A stretch of 64,000 nucleotides of DNA from Harriotta raleighana (taxonomy: Eukaryota), in contig JBNZDD010013718.1 of the NCBI GenBank assembly GCA_050575255.1, positions 1,808,253-1,872,252 of the forward strand, given 5' to 3'. The position numbers were made by a program, and so were the translations under genes. Below the pieces are notes generated by a model. That model saw only the letters and a program-made list of their open reading frames with translations. It was not told the DNA's origin and searched no databases. Positions 10,643-24,736 of the stretch are shown here, piece after piece. How positions within the stretch are numbered: position 1 is the stretch's first letter; each line of letters starts with the position of its first letter.

Positions 10643-13600
10643 CTATAAAAGACGACAATTTATTCTACTATTGCCTACTATGGAATAATTACCATACGGA
10701 TAATTAAATATAAGTATATATTTTTTTTAAATCATGAAACGGGAGTGCTATTATTCCACGGCTTCAGCATAAATTGTTTTTAAAACAATTTACTTTATTT
10801 GGCAAGCTGTAACACGTAGCTTTAGTCATAACGTTTAAATAACGTGTTGCTATCCCAATTCTTTTTTGTGCGAATAAAAAAAGTCAAAAGCTCTATGAAT
10901 ATGAAGGTGTTGAAACAATATGAATGGTGCAGGAATCAAAAAATACTTCACTTTCATTACAGCAGATGAACGAAAAAATGCTCAATTATGTGGATCACAG
11001 TCACAGCAGGCTGTAGAGTTTACGCGCACCCTCACAACACAAAATTAAACCACAGTTCAGTATGATCTGATCCGCATCACAACACCCACAGGTGCACAGC
11101 CCGGAAAAATCAGGAGCAAGAATCCAGAGTGATATTTTCCTCCCCGCGCAGCTCAAGGCAACGAGTTCAGCAAGACGCTCCATTCTTCCAAGAGTTGGGA
11201 GTGAGGAAAGAATGATTGAGAGAAAAAGGCAACCATATCCCACTTTGAACAGGCGATCTGCTACAGCGATGAGAGGAGAGCTTTCATGCATGATATTTGA
11301 TGGGACAATTTTAAACAAAGAGGAGATATCCACAGAAATCGTGGTTCGTTAATGCCAAACAATGACCCAATGAAAAGGTGTGTGCCTTCAGGCTAGAACA
11401 CATTCATTTGGAATGAAGCTTCACCTTGCAATCCAACGTAGGCGAGGGGAGTATTGTACTGCAGGTGTGAGACATCCTGATGATATAATAACCAATCCCA
11501 TGCTGGCTGGGGCGAGTTTATTCAACGCAGACCTTGCTAGTATCTTGATTAACTGAATGACTCACTGCCACACTATGTACTCACTTATATTTTCTGGAAA
11601 ACTGAGAACATCAGAAATGTAAACTCCCCATTAGAAATGCCAGTGCGAATGCCAAACCCCCAAATTGCTCTTGGGCGCACATATGCCTAATTTACTCCCA
11701 TAAGACGTCTAATTAAAATAGCATATGTTCAAATATCAGGTTTAACTATAGTAGCAATGGTATCGCTTTCGGCTTTTATATTGGTTCAGAATGTCGGACT
11801 TATTCAAAATGTGTTTTCTTTCCTAAGCATGAAGATTTAAGAGCCGAATTGTTCCGAAAAAAAATTCTCCATCAAAAGTTGGTGAAATATTGATAATGCT
11901 ACACTGATTTCAAAAGATGTAGAAGCTCAAAAAGGCCATCTTTTGTTATTATCACCCAAAATAGATCTACGATTTGTTACATGTTGTGATATTGTTGCAG
12001 ATTCTCCTCCATTTTGATGAATCTCATAAATCCCATGTCTTAAAAGATTTTTTTTTAAAATTCACCACAAGATGATAGTGAACAAGCAGCAGTTTATTCT
12101 AACCCCTAAATTAGCCTCAGATAAACTTACATCAATTAGAATAAACTATTTAGTCACCTTGACTAAAGCCAAGTGAGTTTAGCAACCCTCTGTTAGACCT
12201 CTCCTTTCATACAAAAATCTTGACTTGAGATCCAAGTAATAGCATCCATTGTTGTTGCCTTGATATCCTGATAAAAAAAATTATAACTGTTTTAACTATT
12301 TCATACTTGATTTTTAATGATAGTACTCACAGCTCTAGATATAATTACTGTATTCTTTGTTTCTCATAGTCACAAAACTAAATTTGTTCTCAGAAAATTT
12401 TGTAATTTTTCATTTTCTGATAACTGAATTTAAAATTCAATTCACCCATTTAATTATTATAATCTCCTGGTGAGAGACATCAAACAGTTTTTCAGTATCC
12501 AACGTCGAGGAGATGGAAACAAATTCACTTTGGTTTTGTCCACTTCAAATAGTCGCACTGAAATCAATTGTTTACTTGGGATAGTTTTGTGATCAAGTCA
12601 GATTTGTTTTATATTGGATGGATGATTAAATCGTCCAATTAATGTGCAAGTTTCTTCCAATTCCATGCACGTTCTAGTCCTGTATACTCTTTCCTACACT
12701 TCAAGCTGAAAAATTAGGTGCGTAATTTTCCAATTTACCCATGAAAGATGTAATATTAGCCACACAAAAATAAATGTGATACACAATCTGAAAAATTGCG
12801 ATAGTTAGCAAATCAAACAGCTATTACTACTCTGAGCACCTGGTGGCGATGATGCATCAGTTCTATCCACATAGCATTTAACACACAATTGGGCTCAACA
12901 GTCAGTTTATACATTGGAGGAATAATTCCATTTTAAGCACTTGGAAATGTCTTTCTGGAGTTGCGCAAATTACATAAAAATAGTATGTTCAGTCTTCACC
13001 AAAGCACTACATTATGGTGAGAGATCTGCACATAGCTCTTACAATACCTTTCATTTTAGAATTGTAATTTTGATATGATCACACAAAAGTAAAAACCTTC
13101 CCCAAATTCTGAGGTATTGCGAAGTTCACCAAACTTACCTTCTACAGTATTTCCAATAATTAAATGAGCAGCAAGAAATTGACATGCTCAGGTTTAGCCT
13201 ACTGAAGGAAGCAAAAATCACACCTATCTTTCAAGGTTTCCTATTAAATTTCCAAATGCTTATTGAAAGATTGTAATAATTATACTTTAATTTATATCGC
13301 GTTTTCCACATCTTATCGACGTCCCAAAGCGCTTTAGTACAGTATGTTCTTACTGTGCTGCCATTTTTGAGCATGTAAATAATACATGTCAAGGAGAGAA
13401 AATCCTGAGAAAAAGTAACCTTAATGTAAAAGTGCTCTACAAACAACCAGGGGGAAAAAAAACACACTGGTGGACTTTTAATATTTTTCATTGGAGTAAA
13501 AATTTTCAGAAAGGTTCTGAACACTGTTCAGCATTTTAAAAACAGATATCACGTTGGTCAAAATCTATTTTGGAAAGTAATCATTACAAACTCCTGAACT

Positions 13601-14874
13601 CCTAACTGGCTCAGACCAGCCTCAGACCTTCTTTTGATGTGAGCTATTCTGCAGCCATTGCTGCCCAGTAACATTTGGTATGGGCGGGGAAATCGGACAC
13701 ATATTTTAAAATTGTCATCATGCCATCTGGCAGCATGATGTAAGCATTTGTTATGCTGGGGCAATAGTGAATGCATGAGATTTAATGTGATTTTTAAAGC
13801 AATGTGTTACAAATTAATAATACATCAGGGATATATATATACACACACACAGAGTCGGTATGAACACTATTTAAAAATCTATCTACACGCATCTAAATAA
13901 CCAGTTTTGCATGATTTTACAAAAACCCGATACAATGTAAATCTTGTTTTATCAAGCAGATCTATGTGGTTTTACACGTAAAGAAGATTTTCACCAATGA
14001 GCCTGTCCAAACACCAAACTAGAACAACCCAGGAAAATCTTATATTATCTAACCCTGTAAAGATTATCAATTTTGTTTTTACCTCAATGGGCTCTGGAAC
14101 TGTGGAAATAAAGAATAGAATGTTGACATTTTGCCCAATTTATTATTCTCAGGGGTCCAAAGGCTTTGATGTTTACTGCCATGACTGTAGAATTAGAATA
14201 AATTGTTCCCAAATGCAAGAATGAATTTGGAATCGGTTCAAACTATAATAGTGTAACACAAAAGAAACCTGCACTGTTGAGATGTGACTGCCTTATTCTT
14301 GTATCGTAGCAAAACCAAAAATCAACTGTATTTTCCGCCCAGAGTATTCGTCCGCTTTGTCGCAAAGCAAATTTACAGACAAGTTAAAGACCATCCTATT
14401 CAAGAATTCTCTCAGATTTCAATGAACGCAGCCACTAACAGTCTCTAAATATGGTTCTGTCAGTCCATCTCCACCTCACTTCCATCTGGGCACATTGAAT
14501 ATTTTCTGGGTCCCATCAACTGCTTAAAATTCCTCTTCCCTTGGAAGGTCAAATCATTTTTAGACAAGATTTTCTGGTGACAGGATGATTATGCTTGTTT
14601 CCTCCGAGACCCACTAGAAGATTTCCAGCCTCAAATAAGTTTGGATTATAATTGTTTGCATACTTGTGGGATAAAGACAATAAAAGGGGAAACGAGAGAG
14701 GATTAAGCAGGATGGTTGGTGTTTGTGTAGAATCTAAACACAGGTACGGACAGAATGACCGGTGCTGTAATTTTCTATCTGATTCTATGTTTCTGAAGTG
14801 TGGACTGGATGAGAAGAAGGTGGCAGAAGACAGGCTGTGGATGTCCATGTGTTTCATCTATAGTTAGTAAACAA

Positions 14875-15120
14875 GCAAATGGAGAGGTTAGAATTTTTTC
14901 ACATAGAGAATAGGTAGGATAAGGGAGGCAGAATCCATATTAACTTTCAAAATGGAACAAAATACCTAAAAGGAAGTAAAGTGCAGAGGTAATGGGGAAA
15001 ATAAGACTGAAAAGATCAATAAGACTGAAAGGATTGCTCATAAAAGAGTCAGCAGAGACAATGGGCTGAATGACCACCTTATGTGTTGTCAATTTCTCTG
15101 GTTCTATCTGCTCTATGATT
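14875..15120 (+). mobile_element. CR1-like LINE 3' remnant
   Basis: ggattgctc...agagtcagcagagacaatgggctgaatgacc...ttctat tail; similar to 54423-54543. Confidence 0.6.
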
Positions 15121-17798
15121 TTTTGTTAAATCAATGGTTCCCACATTTTCAACGAAGGTACCATCATTTGATACTATCTGGGGACTCGTGTATATATTGC
15201 TTCCCTCCACTGATCCTTCCACTACAGCTGTGCTCAAAACCCTTTCGCTAAAAAAAGCTCAATTTCAGAACCACAAATTACACATTCCTGTAGCTTGTTT
15301 TTCTGTTCATGTTGCCAGTAGCTCTGTTTCTCAAAGTCATTTTCCAAGTTTCTGCAACTCAGGGCCCAGCTAGCCTGTTTTACCCATTTGCTCCATAAAC
15401 TTCTAGGACATTTGTGCCAGTTCTTACACATCTGCAAAAAAATGCAACTATAATCTAAAAATCCTCTGTGGAAATAATTTTCTCCATATGATTACAGCAG
15501 AATCTCACAAGGCTTTGCACTGTTTTCTTTTACAGGATTAGGAAAGAGGGAAGAAATACATTTGGACCACAAAGCAGGTGTACTTTATCCCAATTTTCCT
15601 GCTGTCCAGAGAACTCCCATTTACTCTTGAAAAATGATTAATATTCTTACAGATTTAACTCCATTAAATGTATTTTGCTTCTCCTGCAAAACTGGCTCGA
15701 TTACAGACTGGCTACACTCAGAGACTTAATGTGAATTTGATGATTTTTTTCTTAATGCAGCATTCTGAGTTTTATCATTAGTGACTACAACTGTCCATGG
15801 AACAGAGACCTAGCCGTCAACAATAAGAATTACTCTGCTAAACAAGTTTCATACAATAAATCCTGCCACAATGCAAATGTAGCCATCGTGTGGAAAACAA
15901 AATAGAAACCATAATGCCCACGCAAACAAATTAAGGCATGGCATTTCCTGACAATCGATCATTTACATATCAATCATTAATCTTTCAGCATACATGACAC
16001 CCTACATCAAGAGGAGTGCATTCAGTCACATCAGCATATCAGCACCAAAGTGAACCAACCCTCCTCACCTTATAAATGATCGATAAGTAGTATGCACAAA
16101 AAATATAACCGAGAAAGTGTTAAGACAATAATCCCATCTTGTTTCAAACACTATTTTTGTGTGTATAAGTGAAATTTGCCATATTAACAGTAAATTCAAT
16201 TTAACAGCTACTGCTAAATTTAAGCTTACATAATGTAGGGCCTACACAAGCACATTTTAATCAAATTGACCCCATACATAAATCATTTCCATTTATTCAA
16301 ATTAAATGTGCATGGAGTTAATTTGATTTCAATTTATTCCTGATAATTCAGCTCAACTAAAAATACAATTTGCTAAATATTTTCAATAAAACTTTCAACT
16401 TCCAAACTACGCTCAAACAGATAATAAAATTCTTAGATTTTACAAATGAATATAACTTTCTTTGCCTTGGAAAATGAATGGAAAGCTTAAAAGCTTGACA
16501 TAAAACTAAGCGTTTGTAGGCACAAGGAAATTTAACGAGCAATCCATTTATTTAAAAGAATTAAACTCTTTAGATTGATGTTCACATTGATCTTGTGCAA
16601 TGTTGTAAATAGTTAATTCCAAAACGCTAATCATGTCAAAAGTACCTTTAACAGCGAGAATAAAATTTACAAACATTTTTGCTTTTCTTTCCCCATTTCA
16701 ATTCTTTCTGCGACTTTCTTGTCCAATCTAACTGTATTTCAATTTCTTCCAAAAATGAAATACAGTACATTTATTTATTCAGCCTCCCAAAGTTCTCACT
16801 TCCAAAATAAGACGGTGGAGCCACATTAAATAGAATAGATTTTTGGGGGCAAAAACTATCGCTAGACTATCGCTAATTTACATTTTGGCCAACCCCAAAA
16901 GGCACAAGAGTAATGATTGATATGGTTGCATCAACCTATCTCTGATGTGGATGATTCAGAAATTGGGGGCGTTTGACCATTACTGTGTTGTTCAGACATT
17001 TTAATACACAACAGCTGTCCAATCAGAACACGTCCACATTGCAACAAATATAATATAAATAAAAATAAATAAAATAAATAAATAAAATGTGGTATAAATG
17101 CTGGTGATCTTATTGTGGCAGCAGATTATGCATTACCACAATTTGTACGTGTAGCAAAACACAATTTTAGAATCGAATTTAATGACACATGGCATTATTG
17201 ACACTTTGCCTCCATACAAATCACCCATGGGAGATTTTTTCACCACTCGTTGATATTTCCTGAACTCAATCGCTGTAACATTCAATTAACAAAATGCAAT
17301 GCCTTGCAACCTAAACTCAAACAAAAAAAAACTCTTAGACACATCGTGGTGAGTCCAATTGCACATGGTGGCAGTTCACAGTGCGACAATGTGTATTTAT
17401 CCAGTGTCTTTCGTGCAAACTGTCTCAAAGAGCTCAAAGCCAGAGGAGGAAATGAAAATGAGAGATGTAAGGACATTAATGAAGTGATGGTCAAAGAGAT
17501 GCTTTCTCTTGGGTGGTTTTTGAAGGCAAGGAGAAGGGGAGCAAGGCAAAGTTTGTGGCTTATGCCACAAATGCTGACCTACACATTTTGACTGTTGCAT
17601 GAAAACCTGAATGATTCATTATATTAATCTGTTGAACGAGTGGACATTCCGAAATCCAACGAGTTTATCGAACCTCATTTCAACAATAGCTATTTGCTGC
17701 GGCAATCAACTTCGCCTTCGATTTATTGCGGTAGAAACTAAAACCCGTCAATAAAGAATTTGGCACCTTTCTGCTTTCTGAATATAGAAAATAATTAC

Positions 17799-18005
17799 CA
17801 TTGATGCTTGTCGGCTGGAAGTTACCAGCACAGATGCTCCATAGTTTGAATGCAATCCTCCAATTGGCCCATTTTGTGATGGTCCCAGTAAACTATGCAT
17901 TTCACTATGGCAACCAGACATGCTTGTTGAAGGCCCTACAGCATGGTTTCTTAGAACGTGGATAGCATCATCCAATCGGTCTAAGCGATCCTCCATTCGA
18001 GTCTG
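17799..18005 (-). CDS. TCF12: TCF12 exon 16 equivalent, 207 nt: [24 protein letters not shown]...SSRQASM
   Basis: caacagCAG tandem acceptor, ATG|gtaatt donor; [12 protein letters not shown] motif. Confidence 0.97.
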
Positions 18006-18395
18006 CTGTTGAGACAAATACGGTGATAGAACAAACATATTTTCTCTGGCACACATCTGATCAACTTAAATGCACTGTGCGTCAGTTAGTGTGTTAGGTA
18101 TAACCAGAAAAAAAATGCCCACAAAAAACACAAATGGTTGCAACAGCAGCTACAGGCATTTGATGGGAAAAATAAGTTCAAATTGTGTGGATATCTGGTA
18201 AAGTGTTTTTAAAAATATATATATATATGTGTGTATTTAAAATCTATGGATTTCTCAAGCACAAGTAACAAACGGTTGTTTGATGTGCTCCTTTATCGGA
18301 TGTGTAAATCTTCAAGTAAAAAGGAATGGTTTAAAACAAAGTGAAAAATTGTGTTTCAAGGCCGGAAGAGATTCATGGAAGAGTGTTGCAGCTCA

Positions 18396-18572
<177 letters not shown>

Positions 18573-19364
18573 TTAATACAAACAAAAACACTTAGAAAGC
18601 TCAGCCAAGCCAATGGGTTAAATAAGTGAACGGCGGAACCATTTTAAAAATTGTTAAAAAGAAGTAAACAGAAATTTAGCCATCAATGATTCTGTGCTCA
18701 TTTCAGAGTGCATATAGACATGCAGGCTGTTTAAATGGAAAGCGAATTGCACACATCTTTTATTTTCCCTATCTGATCTACAGTTTCTGCCTTTGATCAC
18801 ACACCATCAGTAAATCCCCCCCTCCTCCACCAACCACTAGGAGAATGATCCTTTTCCTAAATCTTTCTGTAGAAATCTAACTCTCCTATTAGCACCTCAA
18901 TTCTGATGCTCTTCCTCAGATTATATTTTTTTTTGGGTGATGGGGTGGCGATTGGAAGACTGAACTTGCTTTCAATATAGAAGATTACTAAGAGAATCCA
19001 TTTTACTGTGAGTAAACTAGCTCAATGTATTGTTAAAATGAAAAAGTGGAGAATGTCAAAAGAAATCAGTGGAGCAAAATCTACTCGTAGAAGACAAGCA
19101 TGAAACAACAACAACCAAATGACATTTGCATTTCAAGTGCCTTTCATGTCAGGAGGACAGCCCCAGGCGCTGGAAAGTGCAAAGTGAAAGTGAAAATGAA
19201 AAGTGGACTGGTGCATCGGTAACGGCGATTGCGACCTTCACTGTTGATTCTCTCTCCAGTTCACTTGCTAGAAGGACTGGCAGTGCGGGGGTATTGTTAA
19301 GCTTTCATATTCAAACTACAGCTGGCAGTAAAGGATTTCACAAAGCGGGTCAGGTCTGTCTTAC

Positions 19365-19435
19365 CAGTGAGTGAAGAGAGTTTTCATAGTTGGGAGATGA
19401 AGGGGTCGCTCCTGGTCTCGACCACTGGTTAGCGC
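19365..19435 (-). CDS. TCF12: TCF12 exon 14 equivalent, 71 nt: (G)ANQWSRPGATPSSPNYENSLHSL
   Basis: aaacag acceptor, CTG|gtaaga donor; phase 1 to 0. Confidence 0.94.
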
Positions 19436-20544
19436 CTGTTTAGATCAAGATGTCCACAGGAAAGTTGCACGTTAGGGGTGTACAATTTGAAAAAAGATAC
19501 AAGCTTGAAACACACAAACACGATGCATCAAATTGGGAAGAATCCATTGGCTGAATGTACCATTTCAAAAAGTGTGTCGAATAAAGTAAATATGTTCAGG
19601 CTCCCTGGAAAGCAAAATCTGTGTCATTCAGATAAATCAATGCTAAGCGACTATAATCAGAACTTTACAGTACTGTACAAACCTTTGAAATTTTTAAGGT
19701 GTAAACTGATCACATTTTCACCAGAAAATACACCACAAAATGCAATTTGGAGCATTACGTCGCAGATATGAAATGAAACCATAATGTACCTTTCAACATC
19801 TACTACGAAAGATAAAAATGAAACTGAATACTATACACGATACCATTCAACAATGATGGGTTGAACTACAATAATATTTGCTTACTTTCCTTTATGCAGT
19901 CAAGTTGGGAGTTTCGAAAAATAGAAACATTCTGAACAAGTAACGTCATCAGAAAAATTCAGTGACTGCCTCGATTACAAAAGCTAATCAAGTTAAACGC
20001 ATGGATATCTGGTCATCGGATTGCTACCAGTCGGAGTCATATCATGCTGAGCAGTCATCACATTTAGAAACTGGGGATGATTAATTTCAAAATAATTACA
20101 TTTTACAGCTGTTTGAAAGTTTTCGGGAAGGAATGTGCTCGCATTTCGTATTAAACACTACAGCGGATGTTGGGTGATCTGTACATTCCTTGCTTGTTAG
20201 GCATAACTAACTCTACCAAGACTTGTGTTGTTCATAACGACGCTTTTAACCAAGGCTGGATTTGTCTCCAAATCATTAACCAAAAAAGTTCTGAACCCAT
20301 TCCAGCTTAATCCGGACTCTCTCAGGGGTATATTTCGTTCCTATGGCTGTTCCAAAATGCACAAATGTGAATTGGCTGCAATCGTGTAACATAAATCTTC
20401 TTTCCCCATACCATTTTTGTCTACTCACCATACTAGCAAAATCTAAGTGCCATCAATGAAACACTGCTGTAATGCCTGGCAACTTGCAATGTCTTTGTGC
20501 ACACCAAACAATGGCCATCTCGTAAGGCCTCTCATTTCTCTAGG

Positions 20545-20960
20545 TAATAATAATATTGCTTACACTTAATATAATGCCTACATCGTCAGAGCACCCCAAA
20601 GCACTCTATGGGCATTTTCTGACCTGTGCTGTGATTAATTGTAGGCAAACATGTCAGCTAATTTGTTCACACTCAGCAATGTCCACAAATAAACAGGGAA
20701 TGAATGACCAGTTGATTTGGAGAATTATTGGGATAGTACATCAGGAAAAAAACGCTCTATCTTTTCAAACAGTATTACAGGGATTTTAAAGACCCCCTGA
20801 ACTGGCAGATGGAACCTCTGTTTTAATTTCCTACAAGAAGGACCACACTTATGACAATACTGCGATCCCCAGCACCTCACTGGAGCATCAGCTGTGAGCT
20901 AAATGCCAGTAAAATTTGATCAATAACTGACCCAAAGGCCAGGATGCTGACTGACCAAGC
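20545..20960 (-). mobile_element. Old, diverged DeuSINE (AmnSINE1/SacSINE1-like)
   Basis: gggattttaaagaccccctgaactggcagatggaacctctgttttaa...cactggagcatcagc resembles the reverse complement of the Deu domain (recalled consensus). Confidence 0.65.
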
Positions 20961-23024
20961 AAATAGCCAAGATGACATCTTTCTGCAACGGAGGGTACAT
21001 TGAAGAATGCAATCTGTAGTTGATTCAGTTGGTTAATGGAGTGGGGGGGAGATGGGAAATCAATTAGCCACGAGGCTGAGTCCTATTAAGACTACTAACC
21101 AGAGATTCTAGTGAAATCATTCAAGATTTTGCTGATCAAACTGATACCTTTTATTTCGGAAGGGCATCCTTCACAATATTTTTCCACCAACAGAGAACAG
21201 GGGTAAAAAATGATTAAAGTCAGAAAATGAATGACATCTAGATTTAAACATTGAAGAAAGGAAAAGTTTTAGGAAATTTTAAAAATAGGATTTACGCTAA
21301 TCCCACTCCAGAAAAAAAGTTACACAAAAGTACAATTTAAAACATTTTGGGGACGTCTTTCTCGCTAATAGCTTTGAAATGCTGCTTTGTAATCAGCAAA
21401 GTGCACCTGTGTAAATCTCCAGTTCTGTTCTGCAAGATCAGCAAATTAATCGACACGAGGCATTTTCATCTTGAATGTGACCACAGAATCAAATGAGAAA
21501 CTCATTAATCCCTCATTACACAATTCAACAAGATGCATTTAGTTATTACTGTAAGAACTGCCTGAAGCAGCTGTTCAGTAGTAGCGCACAGATTCAAACT
21601 AAAGCTTTGCACTTTTTCCCTTCCCCAAAAAAGCAATTCAACTCAATATTCACAGCCAGTTCTCCAACTCTACATACAAATAATCTGGTAACCAGTGTTC
21701 CCTCGTGAATTATAGGTAAATATAATTCCCTGGCTATGTCAGTTCGCCCGTGCTAGAATTCGAACTTCCTAAACTATTGGGGATAAAGAAAAGTCAGTCT
21801 TGCGAAAGGTGCCTGAGTAACATCAGCTGTGTATCTGGAGATAAGCAGCAGAGATAAACTTAGTGTACGTGGCAGGATCCAATGGATCCCGATATAGTGG
21901 ACACTTGTATCTCATCTATACTTTAACATTCCACAGCAAATCAGATAACCGAATAACAGCAAATTAATCTGAATAAAAGACTCTCAAATAAACTGTTCTA
22001 TAGATAACAGAGGCAATGGGAAGAACCATTAATCGAGTAGGAAGGACTTTATTGTACATCACAACAATGCCGTGAAAAAAAATATGCCCATCTGTATGAG
22101 GGTTCAATAGCAAACTACAGTAATGTATAAAGCAACAACTTGGGTATCACGACAGTGTTCCTGTGGAAAGTTTAGCCAAGTTGACAAATGTCGCAGGTTT
22201 AACCTGAATAATGTTGTTAATAACATGAGGTCTTATTTCTATGGCAACTTTCGTGGAAAACTCCTGAAACAGCATTCAGAATATTGAGCAGCTGGAAAGT
22301 ATTGCAATGCATTCATTACAAGCAACTTACATTGGGCTGAAACTAACTTTCCATGAATGCTAATTGAGTACAGTAAATGAAGACACTCCCAGCCCTCAAG
22401 TTTTCCAAAAGCTACATTGGATCTTCACAAAGTTTGGAAGGTGGCTGACAAGCTATTGACGTTGTTGAGAATTTACTGAAACAGATTAGCTGTCGTATTT
22501 TCCCCATTCAAGAGTCACCACACTTCAAAGTAAACCACAACTTGAGAATGTTCAGCGTAATAAGATGCAACATTAAATATAAATATTTGTATTGAAATTG
22601 TAAGGCGCCAGATTAGAAATCTGAAACACATGCCAAACTCCAAAATAGTCAAAATCGGCATAGACGGAGTTTGATTCTCCCTAAATATATGTTTCAAACA
22701 GCTGTAAATGTGGAAAGCCCGACCACCAAAGGTGGGAGTGGGAAGAGCACAAGACAAGGAGCAAGCCAAAGCGGAGAGAACGGGCAGACTGGTAGCATTT
22801 TAGTAGGTGGCGGAGGTAGGGAGGAACAAACCGCAAACAATAGTCATGTGTAAAACAGGACAGCTTCAAGTTTAAGACTTAAATAAATGTCAACGTTTTC
22901 GCCAGTTGCACAATACTTTGGGAGGTTAAAAACGTAATAGATGTGATAGCAATCAAGCTATGTCTCCTACTTTGTTGGATTGTAGGACTCTGCAAACTCT
23001 GGGAGTTGTCAGGTTTCTCATCTA

Positions 23025-23189
<165 letters not shown>

Positions 23190-24667
23190 TCACTTGTTAC
23201 TTGCATGAAAATTGTACAACTGCAATATCTGCCAAATTTTGATTCAGTTCTTCTGTAGGTAATGCAGCAATCTTGCAACGAACGAGTTGCAAAAACTGGA
23301 TCCATTAATTCTCCCAACTGTCTCCACACCCAAGTGGCTATAAAATTGTTCACAACATTTTGGAAGGCTTAAAATTCTACAGCCTACCTTCGAATAAGGC
23401 GCCAAGCCCCCAGAATACATTCTTTGCTGTCACAAAAAGTCACAAAAGAATCAACACATTTTAAGAAACCTGCTACCTATTTAAACAAATGCACTGCAAA
23501 TTAAAGTTTGGGATTAGATACTGTGTATGGCACAATATGATGCCTGCAAACATAACAAATAGGATTTGTCATCATCAGAGCAAAATCTGGGCACACAATG
23601 CTTAGGAAATTTCAAACTCCGTGCTGATATTTTTGTCAGGTGATAATCCATACAACCATTAATACATAAGGCCTTATGATGCAACACATTTACTTATTCC
23701 GCCAGATGCTGAAGTTGAAGTTAGGCAAATTGTGGCTTTGACTTAATGAAGCTTTTATGCATCAAGTTTTACTTTTTTCCAACAAAAAAAAAACCTGGCA
23801 CTGTGAATTCTTGAGAAACCTATAACTCAGCAAAGCATTTTCCAGCAAAACAGTTGCAGATGTAATTGAATAAACTACTCAACAGACAGAAACCGTTCCT
23901 CCAAATACCTTCTGCTGTAAACATTCTTTATTAAACAATATATGAAGCTCCGCTTAACAGGTGTTCATGATTCGGATGCCACGGTAAGGATTATGAGTAG
24001 GTGAATGCAATGATCTGCCAACCACAGTCTATCCCTGGAGGTTTTATTTTTAAGCCTATTTCAGATTTTATACATCTTTGTACAGGTAATTTTATCAAGA
24101 TCACAATTTAAGAGACCTTCATTTATGGCTTGTTTACCAAAGCTCTTCTACATGCATGTACTAATCAGCAAAATCTCAATAACAGCAAAAATAAATTAAA
24201 TTTGTTACGGACAAAGCTTTATTTTTTTAAAACTGCGCAAGATTCAAGTTTCCCAGTTTGGCACAAACTGCTGAAATAAACCAAATGTTTCAGTTATAAT
24301 ACATCAGATTATGGGCATTTTCTTTTTAAAAAATCTCCATCTTCATTAAAAAAAATTTTTTTGTTTAGGGGATGAAGAAGACCCAGAAAAGATATGAACC
24401 ATTTCAGTCCTGTCGTCACTGCCAAAGTGACACAAAAGTCAGTTTTGCTGTAATTTGCGCCGTCATTTGACACGTTAGAAAACCATAAACTGTTTGCCAG
24501 ATTTTCTCTCATATAAAGTTGGTGCAATTCTGATGGCTTTAATGGGAGACGTGCAGAAAAAGATTAAGAAGATCCTATCGCAACAGTGTCCGGATCCAAC
24601 AATTTAGTGGAGCACAAAGAAAAGCAATCAAAAAAAAATCTACTTCAGTCTCCATTTTTGAACGGTA

Positions 24668-24736
24668 TTGTGAAGTGCACTGAGACGCTATCCGGCGTGG
24701 AGAGCGCTATATAAATCAAAATTGTTGTTGTTGTTG
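24668..24736 (+). mobile_element. Isolated L2-type 3' tail; similar tails at ~1250-1320(-), 13275-13335(-), 19105-19175(-), 37445-37510(+), 53338-53410(-), 59207-59260(+), 60530-60593(+)
   Basis: gagacgct...gcgctatataaat...(gtt)n motif. Confidence 0.7.
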
